43,186 nucleotides of DNA from an uncultured Candidatus Saccharibacteria bacterium (GTDB lineage Bacteria > Patescibacteriota > WWE3 > 2-01-FULL-39-13 > JAACPI01): positions 1 to 43,186 of the forward strand of contig CAYSYH010000003.1 of assembly GCA_964435455.1 (NCBI GenBank), written 5' to 3'. Shown here piece by piece: positions 1-9,700 of this stretch. The notes below the pieces were generated by a model. The model ran no database searches. It worked only from the letters and a program-made list of their open reading frames with translations, and had not been told where the DNA came from. The position numbers and the translations under genes were made by a program. The first letter of the stretch is position 1. Each line of letters begins with the position of its first letter.

Positions 1-7
1 AATATAG

Positions 8-13
8 TATAAT
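8..13 (+). promoter_or_regulatory. -10 hexamer TATAAT, 8 nt upstream of ATG 22 (putative leaderless promoter; the -35 lies outside the window)
   Basis: Exact TATAAT at 8-13. No Shine-Dalgarno sequence between it and the ATG. Same geometry as 11 other operon starts in the window. Confidence 0.35.
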
Positions 14-21
14 TTAAACCT

Positions 22-1194
22 ATGAATAGAAATTACCTACCCATAATCACACCAATTTTAATGTTTATAGCTGGATTAGGTTTTTTAGCATACAGTTATT
101 ATAAAACAACCACAAAAAATGCTGCTTATTTACAAGTAGACTCAAAATTTAAAGAGGCTATTGTAGAAGTAAATGGTAAAGAAATAGGTAAGACACCGTT
201 ATCCGATTATGAGATTAATGCAGATTCTGCAGAAATAACCGTAAAAAATCAGTTCAATCAGTTTAAAAAAGAGATAATTTTATCTCCAAATACAGTTACA
301 TCTGTATCCGTAGATCTAGGAACTTCAGAACCATTTTCATCAGATACTGTTTTATGGTTTGATAAAAATAACGATTCAGACGAAAGAATATTTATTAGCT
401 CTATACCTCAAAAAGCTAAAGTTTCTATAAATGGTAATTACATTGGAGAAACCCCTTTAACAAAATCAAGAAAGGAAATTTTAGAGAGCGGTACCAACCA
501 ATATAATATTGTTATAGAAAAAGAGGGCTATCAATCACAAAATACCAGTGTACAACTATACAAGGGATATACCTTAAATATAACAACAAAATTATTTTTA
601 AATCCTATATCAAAAACAATAAAAAAAGGTGAAGCTAACGAATATTATACAGTTTACATATTATCAAGCCCATACCTTAAAGGTACTAATTCAGCACAAT
701 GGGCCAGCGGATTAGCTTACTGGCTAGACACAAGAGGTGCCACTTCTTTTGACAAAGAAACTATAAACTATTTTGACTACTTTATAGATACAGAAGGATC
801 TTTATACAACGGGAAGGGAGATATACTAAATAAAGAAAAGGTTAAAATAAGCGAAAAACCAAAATCACCATTAAAAATAGCTTATTTAGATAATGAAAAT
901 GAAAAATCACCAGGATTAACTAAAAAAGCAAAAGAAACTCTAAAAAATCTGGTGCAAGAAGATGTTTCACTTAGTAATAATGAAGAGGATACATATGAAG
1001 TAACAAACACAGGTGTAGGCTACCTAAATGTTCGTAAGGAGCCAACCGTAAGTGGGGAATTATTAGGAAAATTAAATGTGGGGGATAAAGTAACTGTTTT
1101 AGAAAAACAAGGAGAGTGGTATAAAATTAAGTATAAAGAAGGCGATGCTTGGGTATTTGGAAGTTACCTAAGGCAAATAAAACAAAAACAATAA
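22..1194 (+). CDS. Membrane-anchored protein with two PEGA-like domains and a C-terminal bacterial SH3 domain
   Basis: N-terminal TM segment (LPIITPILMFIAGLGFLAY). PEGA-like motifs VEVNGKEIGKTPL and VSINGNYIGETPL. C-terminal SH3b-like GYLNVRKEPTVSGELLGKLNVGDKVTVLEKQGEWYKIKY..AWVFGSYL. Confidence 0.7.
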   Translation: MNRNYLPIITPILMFIAGLGFLAYSYYKTTTKNAAYLQVDSKFKEAIVEVNGKEIGKTPLSDYEINADSAEITVKNQFNQFKKEIILSPNTVTSVSVDLGTSEPFSSDTVLWFDKNNDSDERIFISSIPQKAKVSINGNYIGETPLTKSRKEILESGTNQYNIVIEKEGYQSQNTSVQLYKGYTLNITTKLFLNPISKTIKKGEANEYYTVYILSSPYLKGTNSAQWASGLAYWLDTRGATSFDKETINYFDYFIDTEGSLYNGKGDILNKEKVKISEKPKSPLKIAYLDNENEKSPGLTKKAKETLKNLVQEDVSLSNNEEDTYEVTNTGVGYLNVRKEPTVSGELLGKLNVGDKVTVLEKQGEWYKIKYKEGDAWVFGSYLRQIKQKQ

Positions 1195-1213
1195 ACATTT
1201 AACTTAATTAATA

Positions 1214-1242
1214 TTGCCTTTTAAAACCTAAAAGCCTATAAT
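1214..1242 (+). promoter_or_regulatory. Sigma70-type promoter TTGCCT-17 nt-TATAAT, with the -10 ending 7 nt before ATG 1250
   Basis: TTGCCT at 1214-1219, TATAAT at 1237-1242, 17-nt spacer, no SD before the ATG. Confidence 0.5.
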
Positions 1243-1249
1243 CTAGATA

Positions 1250-1786
1250 ATGTCTGCCCTAATAAAAACACTAGAAACAAGCTTATTTATCAATACAGTA
1301 AAAACAGCTTTTTTTCCTGCTATTTTAATATTTTCTACTAAAATAATAAGCCTTTTGTATTTTTCTAAGATATACAATTTAACTTTTTATTTAGGTGAAA
1401 ATTCTATTAGATTTAATAATTTAGATTTATTTATAAGCGCAAATGATTACTCTAATATAATTACTTTTTTAAGTGTCTTTTCATTTTTATTTTGGCTGTT
1501 AATAAAAGGGCTTTTTTTTCATAAATCACATATTTCTCCTGTCTTAAGTGCGTGGCTGCATATGCAAGAATTAGCGCATTTAATATCAGACACAAAAAGC
1601 TTATTTATTGATATTTTTGTATGGCTTGGATTTAGTTGGATTACATTTTTATTAATATTTATACATTTTATTATAGGAATAACCAGTTTATGGGTAGTGC
1701 AAGTATCATTTATACTAAACATAATTGCAACAATTATTTTTGTAATAGATTTAGAGCGGGAATATAAAATTTTTAAAATAAGATGA
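1250..1786 (+). CDS. Hypothetical polytopic membrane protein
   Basis: 178-aa ORF with several hydrophobic segments. Its stop overlaps the next start (ATGA at 1783-1786). No family recognised. Confidence 0.55.
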   Translation: MSALIKTLETSLFINTVKTAFFPAILIFSTKIISLLYFSKIYNLTFYLGENSIRFNNLDLFISANDYSNIITFLSVFSFLFWLLIKGLFFHKSHISPVLSAWLHMQELAHLISDTKSLFIDIFVWLGFSWITFLLIFIHFIIGITSLWVVQVSFILNIIATIIFVIDLEREYKIFKIR

Positions 1787-2145
1787 CGCAAAAAATACCT
1801 CTATACTTTGTATCATTTTTAATATTGTCTTTTTTCATTAGCTTACCTGCATTTAGTTTTTTTTATTTTTTGCCAAAGCAAAAACCTAACAAAAAAATAA
1901 GTGTTTTGGGAGCTAAAACATATAGAGTAAATAGTTTTAAAATAGAGGAAAAAACAACAAACTTATTTGAGATACAAACAACAATTAAAGGTAAAAATAA
2001 AAAAGAGTTAAAAAAGGATTCTTTTTTTGGAAAAAAAGCAATAGTAATTAAAGGTACAAACGTATTAGCTGAGATAACAGGAAAAACATTAAATATATAT
2101 AATCTGAATAACCAGGAAAAGCTTGTAAAAATATTAGTATACTAA
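1783..2145 (+). CDS. Hypothetical small signal-anchored protein
   Basis: 120-aa ORF with an N-terminal hydrophobic segment (IPLYFVSFLILSFFISLPAFSFFYF), ATGA-coupled to the upstream ORF. No family recognised. Confidence 0.5.
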   Translation: MTQKIPLYFVSFLILSFFISLPAFSFFYFLPKQKPNKKISVLGAKTYRVNSFKIEEKTTNLFEIQTTIKGKNKKELKKDSFFGKKAIVIKGTNVLAEITGKTLNIYNLNNQEKLVKILVY

Positions 2146-3077
2146 TTTAGTAATTCCTCAATAGTTTTTGATATTGAATCAACATCAAATCCGAACTTTT
2201 TATATAAATCATTTAAGCTCTTTGCACTTCTAGAAAAAGTATCAGGAATAGACGCAATTTTTAGTTTAAACTTTTTAGAAAATTCTTCAGATAGTAATAA
2301 AGCTATAGAAGAACCTAAACCACCCAACTTTTGATGTTCTTCTATAATTAATATTTTTTTGGTTTTTTTTATACTGTTTAAAAGTGTGTTCTTATCTAAA
2401 GGTTTTATAGTATGAAAATTTAAAACCTCTATTTTGTTACCAAATTTTTTAGAAGCCTCTAAAATATTTTCTAAAATAGGTCCATAGGATGCTATAGTAA
2501 GATTAGTACCCTCTCGTAAAATTTGTGCTTTGCCCACCTCAAATTTTTGTGTTTCTAAAGTTATATCAATAGTTTTAGTAGCAGATAATCTAATATACCA
2601 AGGTGAGGAGTCTTTATATGCTTGTAAAACGGCTTTTATGGCTTGATTATAATCACAAGGTACAATCACTTTTAAATTAGGCAATACTTTTGTAATAGCT
2701 ATATCTTCTAAAGCTTGGTGAGATCCTCCGTCTTTATAATTAGAAAGCCCACCATGACCTCCAACAATATTAACGTTTAAGTTACTCATACAAACACTAA
2801 CCCTTAATTGATCCCAAGTTCTTCCGGGACTAAATACTGCAAAGCTAGTAGCAAAAGGTACCTTCCCTTGCAAAGCCAGTCCTGCGGAAATGCCAACCAT
2901 ATTTTGTTCAGCAACACCACATTCAATAAATTGATTGGGCAATAAATCGGCAAACTTTGATACCCTTAAAGAATCTCGCAGATCAGCTGTTAATACATAT
3001 ACATTAGAATATTTTTTTCCTAAGGCTAAAACAGCTTTGCCAAAAGCATCTCTGGTAGAACGCTTTATTAACGCCAT
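2142..3077 (-). CDS. Transketolase, C-terminal (pyrimidine-binding) subunit
   Basis: Typical split-transketolase C-terminal half: FIECGVAEQNMVGISAGLA, FATSFAVFS.GRTWDQLR, GGHGGLSNYKDGGSHQALEDIA. It follows the N-terminal subunit gene. Confidence 0.9.
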   Translation of the reverse strand: MALIKRSTRDAFGKAVLALGKKYSNVYVLTADLRDSLRVSKFADLLPNQFIECGVAEQNMVGISAGLALQGKVPFATSFAVFSPGRTWDQLRVSVCMSNLNVNIVGGHGGLSNYKDGGSHQALEDIAITKVLPNLKVIVPCDYNQAIKAVLQAYKDSSPWYIRLSATKTIDITLETQKFEVGKAQILREGTNLTIASYGPILENILEASKKFGNKIEVLNFHTIKPLDKNTLLNSIKKTKKILIIEEHQKLGGLGSSIALLLSEEFSKKFKLKIASIPDTFSRSAKSLNDLYKKFGFDVDSISKTIEELLN

Positions 3078-3094
3078 ATAGTAACTTAAAAAAT

Positions 3095-3895
3095 TTACAA
3101 TGATTTTAACTCTGCTAACGCTTCTTTTGCATCTTCTGTATCTAAAGATTTACCATGCCATTCAAAATTACCTTCCATAAAACTAACACCCTTTCCAGCT
3201 ATGGTATTAGCAATAATCACAACTGTTTTATCTATAACCTCTCTTTTTTTAAAAACTTCCTCAATTTGAGCAAAATTATTACCATCTATCTCATAGGTTA
3301 CAAGATTAAAAGATTCTAATTTAGATTTTAAAGGTTCTAAAGGCTGAACATTTTCGGTAGAACCGGTTATTTGGATATTATTTCTATCAATAACTATAGT
3401 AAGATTTTTAATTCTATTGTTACCTGCAAACATTAAAGCTTCCCATGTTTGCCCTTCCTGTAACTCGCCATCACTAACTATACAAACTACACGTTGGGAA
3501 TGTACCAAAGCAGACCCAATTGCTTGGGACAAGCCCTGTCCAAGTGGACCAGAAGTGTTTTCAACACCCGGCAAAAGACCAAATATGGGGTGACCCTCCA
3601 AGGGAGAACCTAAACTCCTCAAACTACCTAACATTTTTGGAGGAAAAAAACCTTTTAGGGCTAAAGAAGCATATAAAACAGGACAAGTATGCCCGTTAGA
3701 TAAAAAAAGTAAGTCTCTAGTAGGATCTTGAGGATTTTTAGGATTTAACCTTAAATATTTAAAATAAAGGTAAGCAAAAATATCAGCCAAACCTAGTGCA
3801 CCGGCAGGGTGGCCGCTACCTGCTTTTAAAAGCATCAAAATTATAAGTTGACGTATTTTTTTAGCTATTTCTTCAAGATCTTTATAGTGACTCAT
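3095..3895 (-). CDS. Transketolase, N-terminal (thiamine-diphosphate-binding) subunit
   Basis: SGHPAGALGLADIF, LSNGH, SDGELQEGQTWEALMFAG, NNIQITG: TPP-binding motifs of the split transketolase. Confidence 0.9.
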   Translation of the reverse strand: MSHYKDLEEIAKKIRQLIILMLLKAGSGHPAGALGLADIFAYLYFKYLRLNPKNPQDPTRDLLFLSNGHTCPVLYASLALKGFFPPKMLGSLRSLGSPLEGHPIFGLLPGVENTSGPLGQGLSQAIGSALVHSQRVVCIVSDGELQEGQTWEALMFAGNNRIKNLTIVIDRNNIQITGSTENVQPLEPLKSKLESFNLVTYEIDGNNFAQIEEVFKKREVIDKTVVIIANTIAGKGVSFMEGNFEWHGKSLDTEDAKEALAELKSL

Positions 3896-3903
3896 TATTA
3901 TAT

Positions 3904-4461
3904 TTATTTAGATAAAAAAACATTAATTAAATCTTTGGCTTTCTCCGTATTTGTAGCAATGTTATACAAAACGTCCTCCCCCTGTCGTATTAACATAGTT
4001 TTAGAAAGCACATCAAAAATATCTCGCCAAAAAGAACCGTAAAGAATGATAGGTTTGCTATTTCCCTCATGAATACTACTCATTATCCAAGTCATTCCAA
4101 ATTCGCTAATAGTACCTGGCCCTCCTTTAAAAATAATATGAATATCTCCCATTCTTAAAAGTTTTTTTGTCCTTTCAAAATAATCATCTGCTATTATTTC
4201 CTTGTCAAAATTATTCTTAGGGTCAACTCCCTCAAAATTAGGTCTCCCAAAACCTCCATAGTAAGTGGTTATACCAATAGCCTCTCCACCTCCTAAGTGA
4301 GCCCCCTCAGTAGAAGCACGCATAATACCAGGTCCGCCTCCGTTCAATATGGTTAAACCACGCCTTGCACAAAATTTTGCTATTTCTTTTGCCGCCTGAT
4401 ACTCTGAGGACTTGGGAGAAATATTATGCCCGCCAAAAAATGATATAGTTCTTAATTTCAT
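3904..4461 (-). CDS. LOG-family (TIGR00725-like) nucleotide 5'-monophosphate phosphoribohydrolase
   Basis: ILNGGGPGIMRASTEGA and FKGGPGTISEF match the LOG signatures GGGxGxM and PGGxGTxxE. Size is 185 aa. Confidence 0.75.
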   Translation of the reverse strand: MKLRTISFFGGHNISPKSSEYQAAKEIAKFCARRGLTILNGGGPGIMRASTEGAHLGGGEAIGITTYYGGFGRPNFEGVDPKNNFDKEIIADDYFERTKKLLRMGDIHIIFKGGPGTISEFGMTWIMSSIHEGNSKPIILYGSFWRDIFDVLSKTMLIRQGEDVLYNIATNTEKAKDLINVFLSK

Positions 4462-4463
4462 AG

Positions 4464-5147
4464 TTAATTTTTAGAGCTACATTGATTAGCCAAAATTGAT
4501 AATTTGTTTAAAGCTTCTTTAGGTCCATTCTTTTTTAAAAAAGAATTAGTATAAATAACATAAGCCTTACTAGAAAGGAACTCTTGATAGGTTAATTCAT
4601 TAAACCCCCCATCAACACTTAAGGTTGTATCTAATAAAAAGTTGTCATATTTTTTGATAAAGTCATCCAAATTTTTTAACCCTTTTGGATTATACTTAGA
4701 ACCAGACTTACCAGCTTTTACACACATAAACATAAATTCCGAAAAATATTGCAAATGTTCTAAAGGCAAATCCATGCTATCTGTAAGATTGAAAAATAAC
4801 CCTAAGTTAAAATCTAAAGATTTTAGACGCATCAATTTATTTTTAATATTTTCACCTAATGAACTATATCTTAATAAATAAATGGTGTTTTTCTTTTTTA
4901 AATATTTTGATTTATTAAACAAAAAATCAAAAGGGTCAGAAACCATCAAATGAATAATGATTTTATTAAAAGATTTAAGATAATCAAAAGTTATAAACTC
5001 ATCAAACCAAGATTCCCTCCCATAAGAAGAATCTACTATATCTAAATGAATACTCTTAAAAAATGGTTCTAGCTTTTTAACCCAAAAGACGAATTCTTTT
5101 TTGTTATAGCTTAAAGCTGTAGGAATAATTAATTTGGCAGAAGTCAT
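4464..5147 (-). CDS. Divergent ribulose-phosphate 3-epimerase-like TIM-barrel protein
   Basis: Rpe-like landmarks in the right order: IIPTALS, IHLDIVDSSY, IIHLMVSDP, MCVKAGKSGSKY (in place of the PGFGGQ loop), LSVDGGFN. I chose the start at ATG 5147 (MTSAKL..) because TATAAT (minus strand, 5154-5159) sits 6 nt upstream. The ORF track starts at 5171. Confidence 0.55.
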   Translation of the reverse strand: MTSAKLIIPTALSYNKKEFVFWVKKLEPFFKSIHLDIVDSSYGRESWFDEFITFDYLKSFNKIIIHLMVSDPFDFLFNKSKYLKKKNTIYLLRYSSLGENIKNKLMRLKSLDFNLGLFFNLTDSMDLPLEHLQYFSEFMFMCVKAGKSGSKYNPKGLKNLDDFIKKYDNFLLDTTLSVDGGFNELTYQEFLSSKAYVIYTNSFLKKNGPKEALNKLSILANQCSSKN

Positions 5148-5153
5148 AAATAT

Positions 5154-5183
5154 ATTATAACCTAGAAACAATTTATGTGTTAA
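5154..5183 (-). promoter_or_regulatory. Putative promoter TTAACA-18 nt-TATAAT (read on the minus strand) for the rpe-like/LOG/tkt operon
   Basis: Plus-strand attata at 5154-5159 (TATAAT on the minus strand) and tgttaa at 5178-5183 (TTAACA on the minus strand). The -10 ends 6 nt before ATG 5147. Confidence 0.4.
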
Positions 5184-5191
5184 AACATAAT

Positions 5192-5581
5192 TTAAAACCT
5201 TGCCTTTTTTAACAAATAATAACTAAATACAATTATTAAAAACAACAAAAAAACGCTGATTAAAGAAAAAAATTTAATATATTTTAAAAAAAGCAGCAAA
5301 ACTATAAACAAACTTATATGATTAAATAAAATAAGTGCATTTTTGTAAGAATCTAACTTTAGATACCAAACCCTACCCTGTCCCTTGTATCTTATAAAAA
5401 ACCAAATTAAAGATAAAAGATGAGACAAAAGCAAAAATAAAGCTAGTAATAAAATAATAACAAAGTAATAACCTTCAAAAGGCTTTGTATTTTGAATAAT
5501 TAATACTAGAATTACTAAAGAGATAATACATATTAAAAAGCTTTTTATAATAAATTTAGGAATTTTTATGGATTTAGTCAT
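5192..5581 (-). CDS. Hypothetical membrane protein (start trimmed to an internal ATG)
   Basis: The ORF track gives 5192..5791, but its first 70 codons lie antisense to the rmuC N-terminus. The internal start MTKSIKIPKF.. at 5581 leaves a 130-aa protein of 3-4 hydrophobic segments. No family recognised. Confidence 0.4.
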   Translation of the reverse strand: MTKSIKIPKFIIKSFLICIISLVILVLIIQNTKPFEGYYFVIILLLALFLLLSHLLSLIWFFIRYKGQGRVWYLKLDSYKNALILFNHISLFIVLLLFLKYIKFFSLISVFLLFLIIVFSYYLLKKARF

Positions 5582-6713
5582 AAATTTAGTAACTTTAATT
5601 ATACCCACTCTAATAATACTAGGTTTTTTAATTTGGTTCAAAAAAGATCTGGAGAAAAAAAGGGAAAAAGAGCGTATTGACAAGGAAAACGAATTAAGAA
5701 ACATACACAACGAGCTTATTGCAGATGCAATGACTAAATTAACTAAAATAGCTAAAGATACTTTAGCTTCAGAAAAAGAAACAATTGCCACAGATTTAAA
5801 GAATAAAAAAGAAACAATAGAACAACTAGTTAAAAGAATTGAAGATGATTTAAGAAGAAGACAAAAGGAATTGGAGGAAAGTAATAAACAAACACTAAAA
5901 CACTTTTCAGATGTAAGTAGACAAATAAGGGAACATCAAAAAACAACACAAGATTTAAAGGTTAATACAGAACAATTAGCTAGGATTTTAAGCAACAACC
6001 AATTACGTGGAGATTGGGGAGAGAAAATATTAGAAGACATCTTACAAAGCGCTGGATTAGAAAAGGGAATACACTTTGTTACACAAGAAAGTATGCAAAG
6101 TGGTGTAAGACCAGATGTAGTTATTTTATTACCAGAAGAAAAAAAGATAAATATAGATGTAAAATTTCCATATCAAAAAATAATGAAAATGACCCAAGTA
6201 AAATCTGTTGAAGAAAAAAGAACTTTAAAAGAAGGTTTTGAAAGAGATGTAAAAAACAGGCTTAAAGAAATAGTTAAAAGAAATTACATAAATGTAGAGG
6301 AAGGAACTATGGATTTTGCAATAATGTTTATACCTAACGAAAGGGTTTTTAGCTATATAAATAAAGAATTTCCCCTTTTAATAGAAGAAGCATTTAACAG
6401 AAAAATTATAATAGCATCGCCTTTTAGCCTATATGCCATTGCAAGAACTATTATGCAAGGGTACAGAAATTATTATTTTGAGCAAAATATTAGACAAGTT
6501 TTAAAACATATAGAAGCTCTAAAAGAACAATTTGGGAGATTTTCTAAAGAATTTGAAACTTTAGGAAAAAGTTTTGATAGTGTATACAAAAACTATAAGC
6601 AAATTGCAGAAACTAGGTTTACGGGTTTAAACAGAGCCTTCAAAAAAATTGAGGAATCAGAAAGACAAACAAAATTAGAACCTCCTAAAACAAAAAGAGC
6701 TTTAAAACAATAA
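5568..6713 (+). CDS. rmuC: DNA recombination protein RmuC
   Basis: N-terminal TM segment, then a long coiled coil, then the RmuC nuclease-like core: RGDWGEKILEDILQSAGL, RPDVVILLP, INIDVKFP, FAIMFIPNE. An AGGA lies 9 nt upstream of the ATG. Confidence 0.85.
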   Translation: MDLVINLVTLIIPTLIILGFLIWFKKDLEKKREKERIDKENELRNIHNELIADAMTKLTKIAKDTLASEKETIATDLKNKKETIEQLVKRIEDDLRRRQKELEESNKQTLKHFSDVSRQIREHQKTTQDLKVNTEQLARILSNNQLRGDWGEKILEDILQSAGLEKGIHFVTQESMQSGVRPDVVILLPEEKKINIDVKFPYQKIMKMTQVKSVEEKRTLKEGFERDVKNRLKEIVKRNYINVEEGTMDFAIMFIPNERVFSYINKEFPLLIEEAFNRKIIIASPFSLYAIARTIMQGYRNYYFEQNIRQVLKHIEALKEQFGRFSKEFETLGKSFDSVYKNYKQIAETRFTGLNRAFKKIEESERQTKLEPPKTKRALKQ

Positions 6714-6763
6714 AGGTGGGAAAATCTATATTATAATTAATACTCAAATATATTTAATAACTT

Positions 6764-9700
6764 ATGCAACAATATAAAAATATTTTTTTAAAGGAATATA
6801 AAAGATTAAATAAGGCCCAAAAAGAAGCTGTAAACACTTTGCAAGGACCAGTAATGGTAATTGCAGGACCTGGAACAGGAAAAACCCAAATATTGGCGTT
6901 GCGCATAGCTAACATACTACTTAAAACAGACACAAACCCCGAAAATATATTAGCTTTAACTTTTACAGAAAGCGGAGTTAAAGCAATGAGAGAAAGATTA
7001 AACAAAATAATAGGCCCTGACGCATTTTATATAAACATAAATACATTTCACTCATTTTCATTAAGCTTAATAAACGAAAATCCCGACATATTTATGTTAA
7101 ATCACGAAGCCAAACCTATAGGAGAACTAAGGCAAACACAAATTATACAAAATATTTTAGAAAGATTATCTAAAGAAATAACAGAGTTACGACCTTTTGG
7201 GGATCCCTTATGGTACGTAAATTTAGTTATTCAGGCCATTAAAACTTTAAAAAGAGAGGGTATAACTTTAAAAAAATACGATAGAATATCAACTAATCTA
7301 AAAAAAGAAATAGAAATGCTAGAAAAAAAAGAAGATTTAAAATATAAAGAAAGAACCCTACTAAAAAATCTCAAAAAACAACTGGAATTAAATTTAATAT
7401 ATAAAGAGTATCAAAAAGAACTACAAAAGGAAAAATTTTATGATTTTGAAGATATAATAAACGTTGTTAATGAAAAATTAAAAAATAATAAAGATTTTGC
7501 ACAAAAATATCAAGAGAAATTTCAGTATATTTTAGTAGATGAGTTTCAAGATACAAACTCGGCCCAATATTTACTTGTAAAAAATCTCACTAACTATTGG
7601 GGGCCAAATGCAGATATTTTTGTAGTGGGAGATGACGAACAATCTATATACAGATTTCAAGGAGCATCTTTAGAAAACATATTAAATTTTAAAGAGGACT
7701 TTCCAAATACGAAATTAATTACATTAAAAAATAATTATCGCTCTACCCAAATTATACTAGACTCCTCCAGAAGAATGATTAGAAATAACAATATAACTTT
7801 AGAAAAACATATTAAAGTTATAAATAAAAAACTAATAGCAAAAAATAAAGAATTACAGAATAAAAAAATAAAATATGGGGAATTTAGCAATAATATTACC
7901 GAGTCCTTCTATATTGGTACAAAAATAAAAAATTTAATTAAAAAAGGGGTAAATCCAAAAGAGGTAGCAGTATTAGTTAGATATAATAATGACACTCAAG
8001 ATATAATAAACGTTTTAGAATATTTGAAAGTACCTTTTAAACTAGAAGGAGGTAAAAACATTTTAAACAGTCCAGAAGTATCTAACTTTATAGATATTTT
8101 AAAAACTATATACAAAATAAAAGAACATGGAAATTCATTGAATTTTTTTAACTTTATAAGCCACCCAACATTTGAGTTTGATTATTTAGATAATCTAAAA
8201 ATAGCAAGAGAAGCATCTAAAAAAAGAATAGAAATAGTAGATTTAATTTTAAATAATAAAGAATTTAAAAAACTAGATTTAAAATACCCTAAAAAATATT
8301 TGGATTTAGTAAATGGGCTAATTCCCAAATGGCATAAGTATAATAAGGAACACTTATTTAATCGTACCTTCCAACTTATACTAGAAGAATCTGGTTACTT
8401 AAACTATATACTAAAACAACCAAATTATTTAGAGCTCCTAAACCGAATTAATACTCTATATAAACAAGTGCAAGAATGGACGGAATCTCAAAAAAACTTT
8501 AGATTGCAAGATTTTATTAAAAACTTAGATTTAATGGAAAAATTTAATATACCTATTAAAGAGGCCGAATTTGAGACAAGTTCCAATGCAGTTAATATAA
8601 GTACAGCACACAAAAGTAAAGGGTTAGAATTTAAATATGTATTTTTATATAGTTTTACTAACAAAAAATGGGGTAATGCAAGAAAGAGATATGAACTGGA
8701 ATTACCAAATATTTTAAAATATGCACCTAAAGAAGAACAAAATAAAGAAAGAAACGAAGACGAAAGAAGGCTTTTTTATGTAGCTTTAACCCGGGCTAAA
8801 AAGCAAGTTTATTTAACATGGTCAAAAAAATATTATACGCCACAGGGACAAAAAGAAGGGGAATATTCAATGTTTTTTTTGGAATTACCTAAGAAAAATT
8901 TAAAAAAGATAAAAGTAGAAAAACTAGAAACAAAAACCTTTATAAAAAAAGCTTTAAAAGCTCATTTAGAAAATAATTCAAGTAATAAAGATGTAATAGT
9001 TAATAAAAAAGAAGAGGAATTCTTAGAGCCCATTATTAAAGATTTTAAACTATCTGTAACTGCATTAAATACATATTTAACATGCCCTTATAAATTTAAA
9101 TTAAATAACTTACTAAGAACGCCAAGAGCAAAAACAAAACAATTAAGCTTTGGTACTGCAATACACAAAGCTTTAGAAAGATTTTTTAGAGAATTAATAT
9201 ATATGGAACAAACACCAAAATATAAAATATTAGAACAAGCATTTTTAGAAGCTTTAGAAAAGGAACCTTTAACAGAAACTGAAAAGGAAGATTTAAGGAA
9301 GAAAGGAAAAAAAGTATTGCACAAATATTATATTACATATGAAAACGATTTTAAAACTCCAGAATATATAGAAAGATGGTTTGGAAAAGGATTAGGCAAA
9401 ATTTATCTAAATGACATACCTTTAGAAGGAAAGGTAGACAGAATAGATTTAATAGATAAAAAAAATAGATTAGTTAAGATTGTAGATTATAAAACAGGAA
9501 AGCCTAAAAGCCGAAATGAAATAGAAGGTAACACCCAAAACAGTTCGGGAGATTTAAAAAGACAATTAATATTTTACAAAATATTATGTGATTTAGACAG
9601 AACCTTTAAATATAAAGCTAAAAAGTTTGAGTTAGATTTTGTAGAGCAAACAAGTAATAACAAACTAAAAAAAGAAGAATATGAAATAACAAAAGAAGAT

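Noticed and set aside
5582-5791. N-terminal 70 codons of the 199-aa minus-strand ORF.
   Set aside because: They lie antisense to the conserved start of rmuC, and an internal ATG at 5581 gives a plausible membrane protein. The extension is Ser/Leu/Phe-rich shadow sequence.
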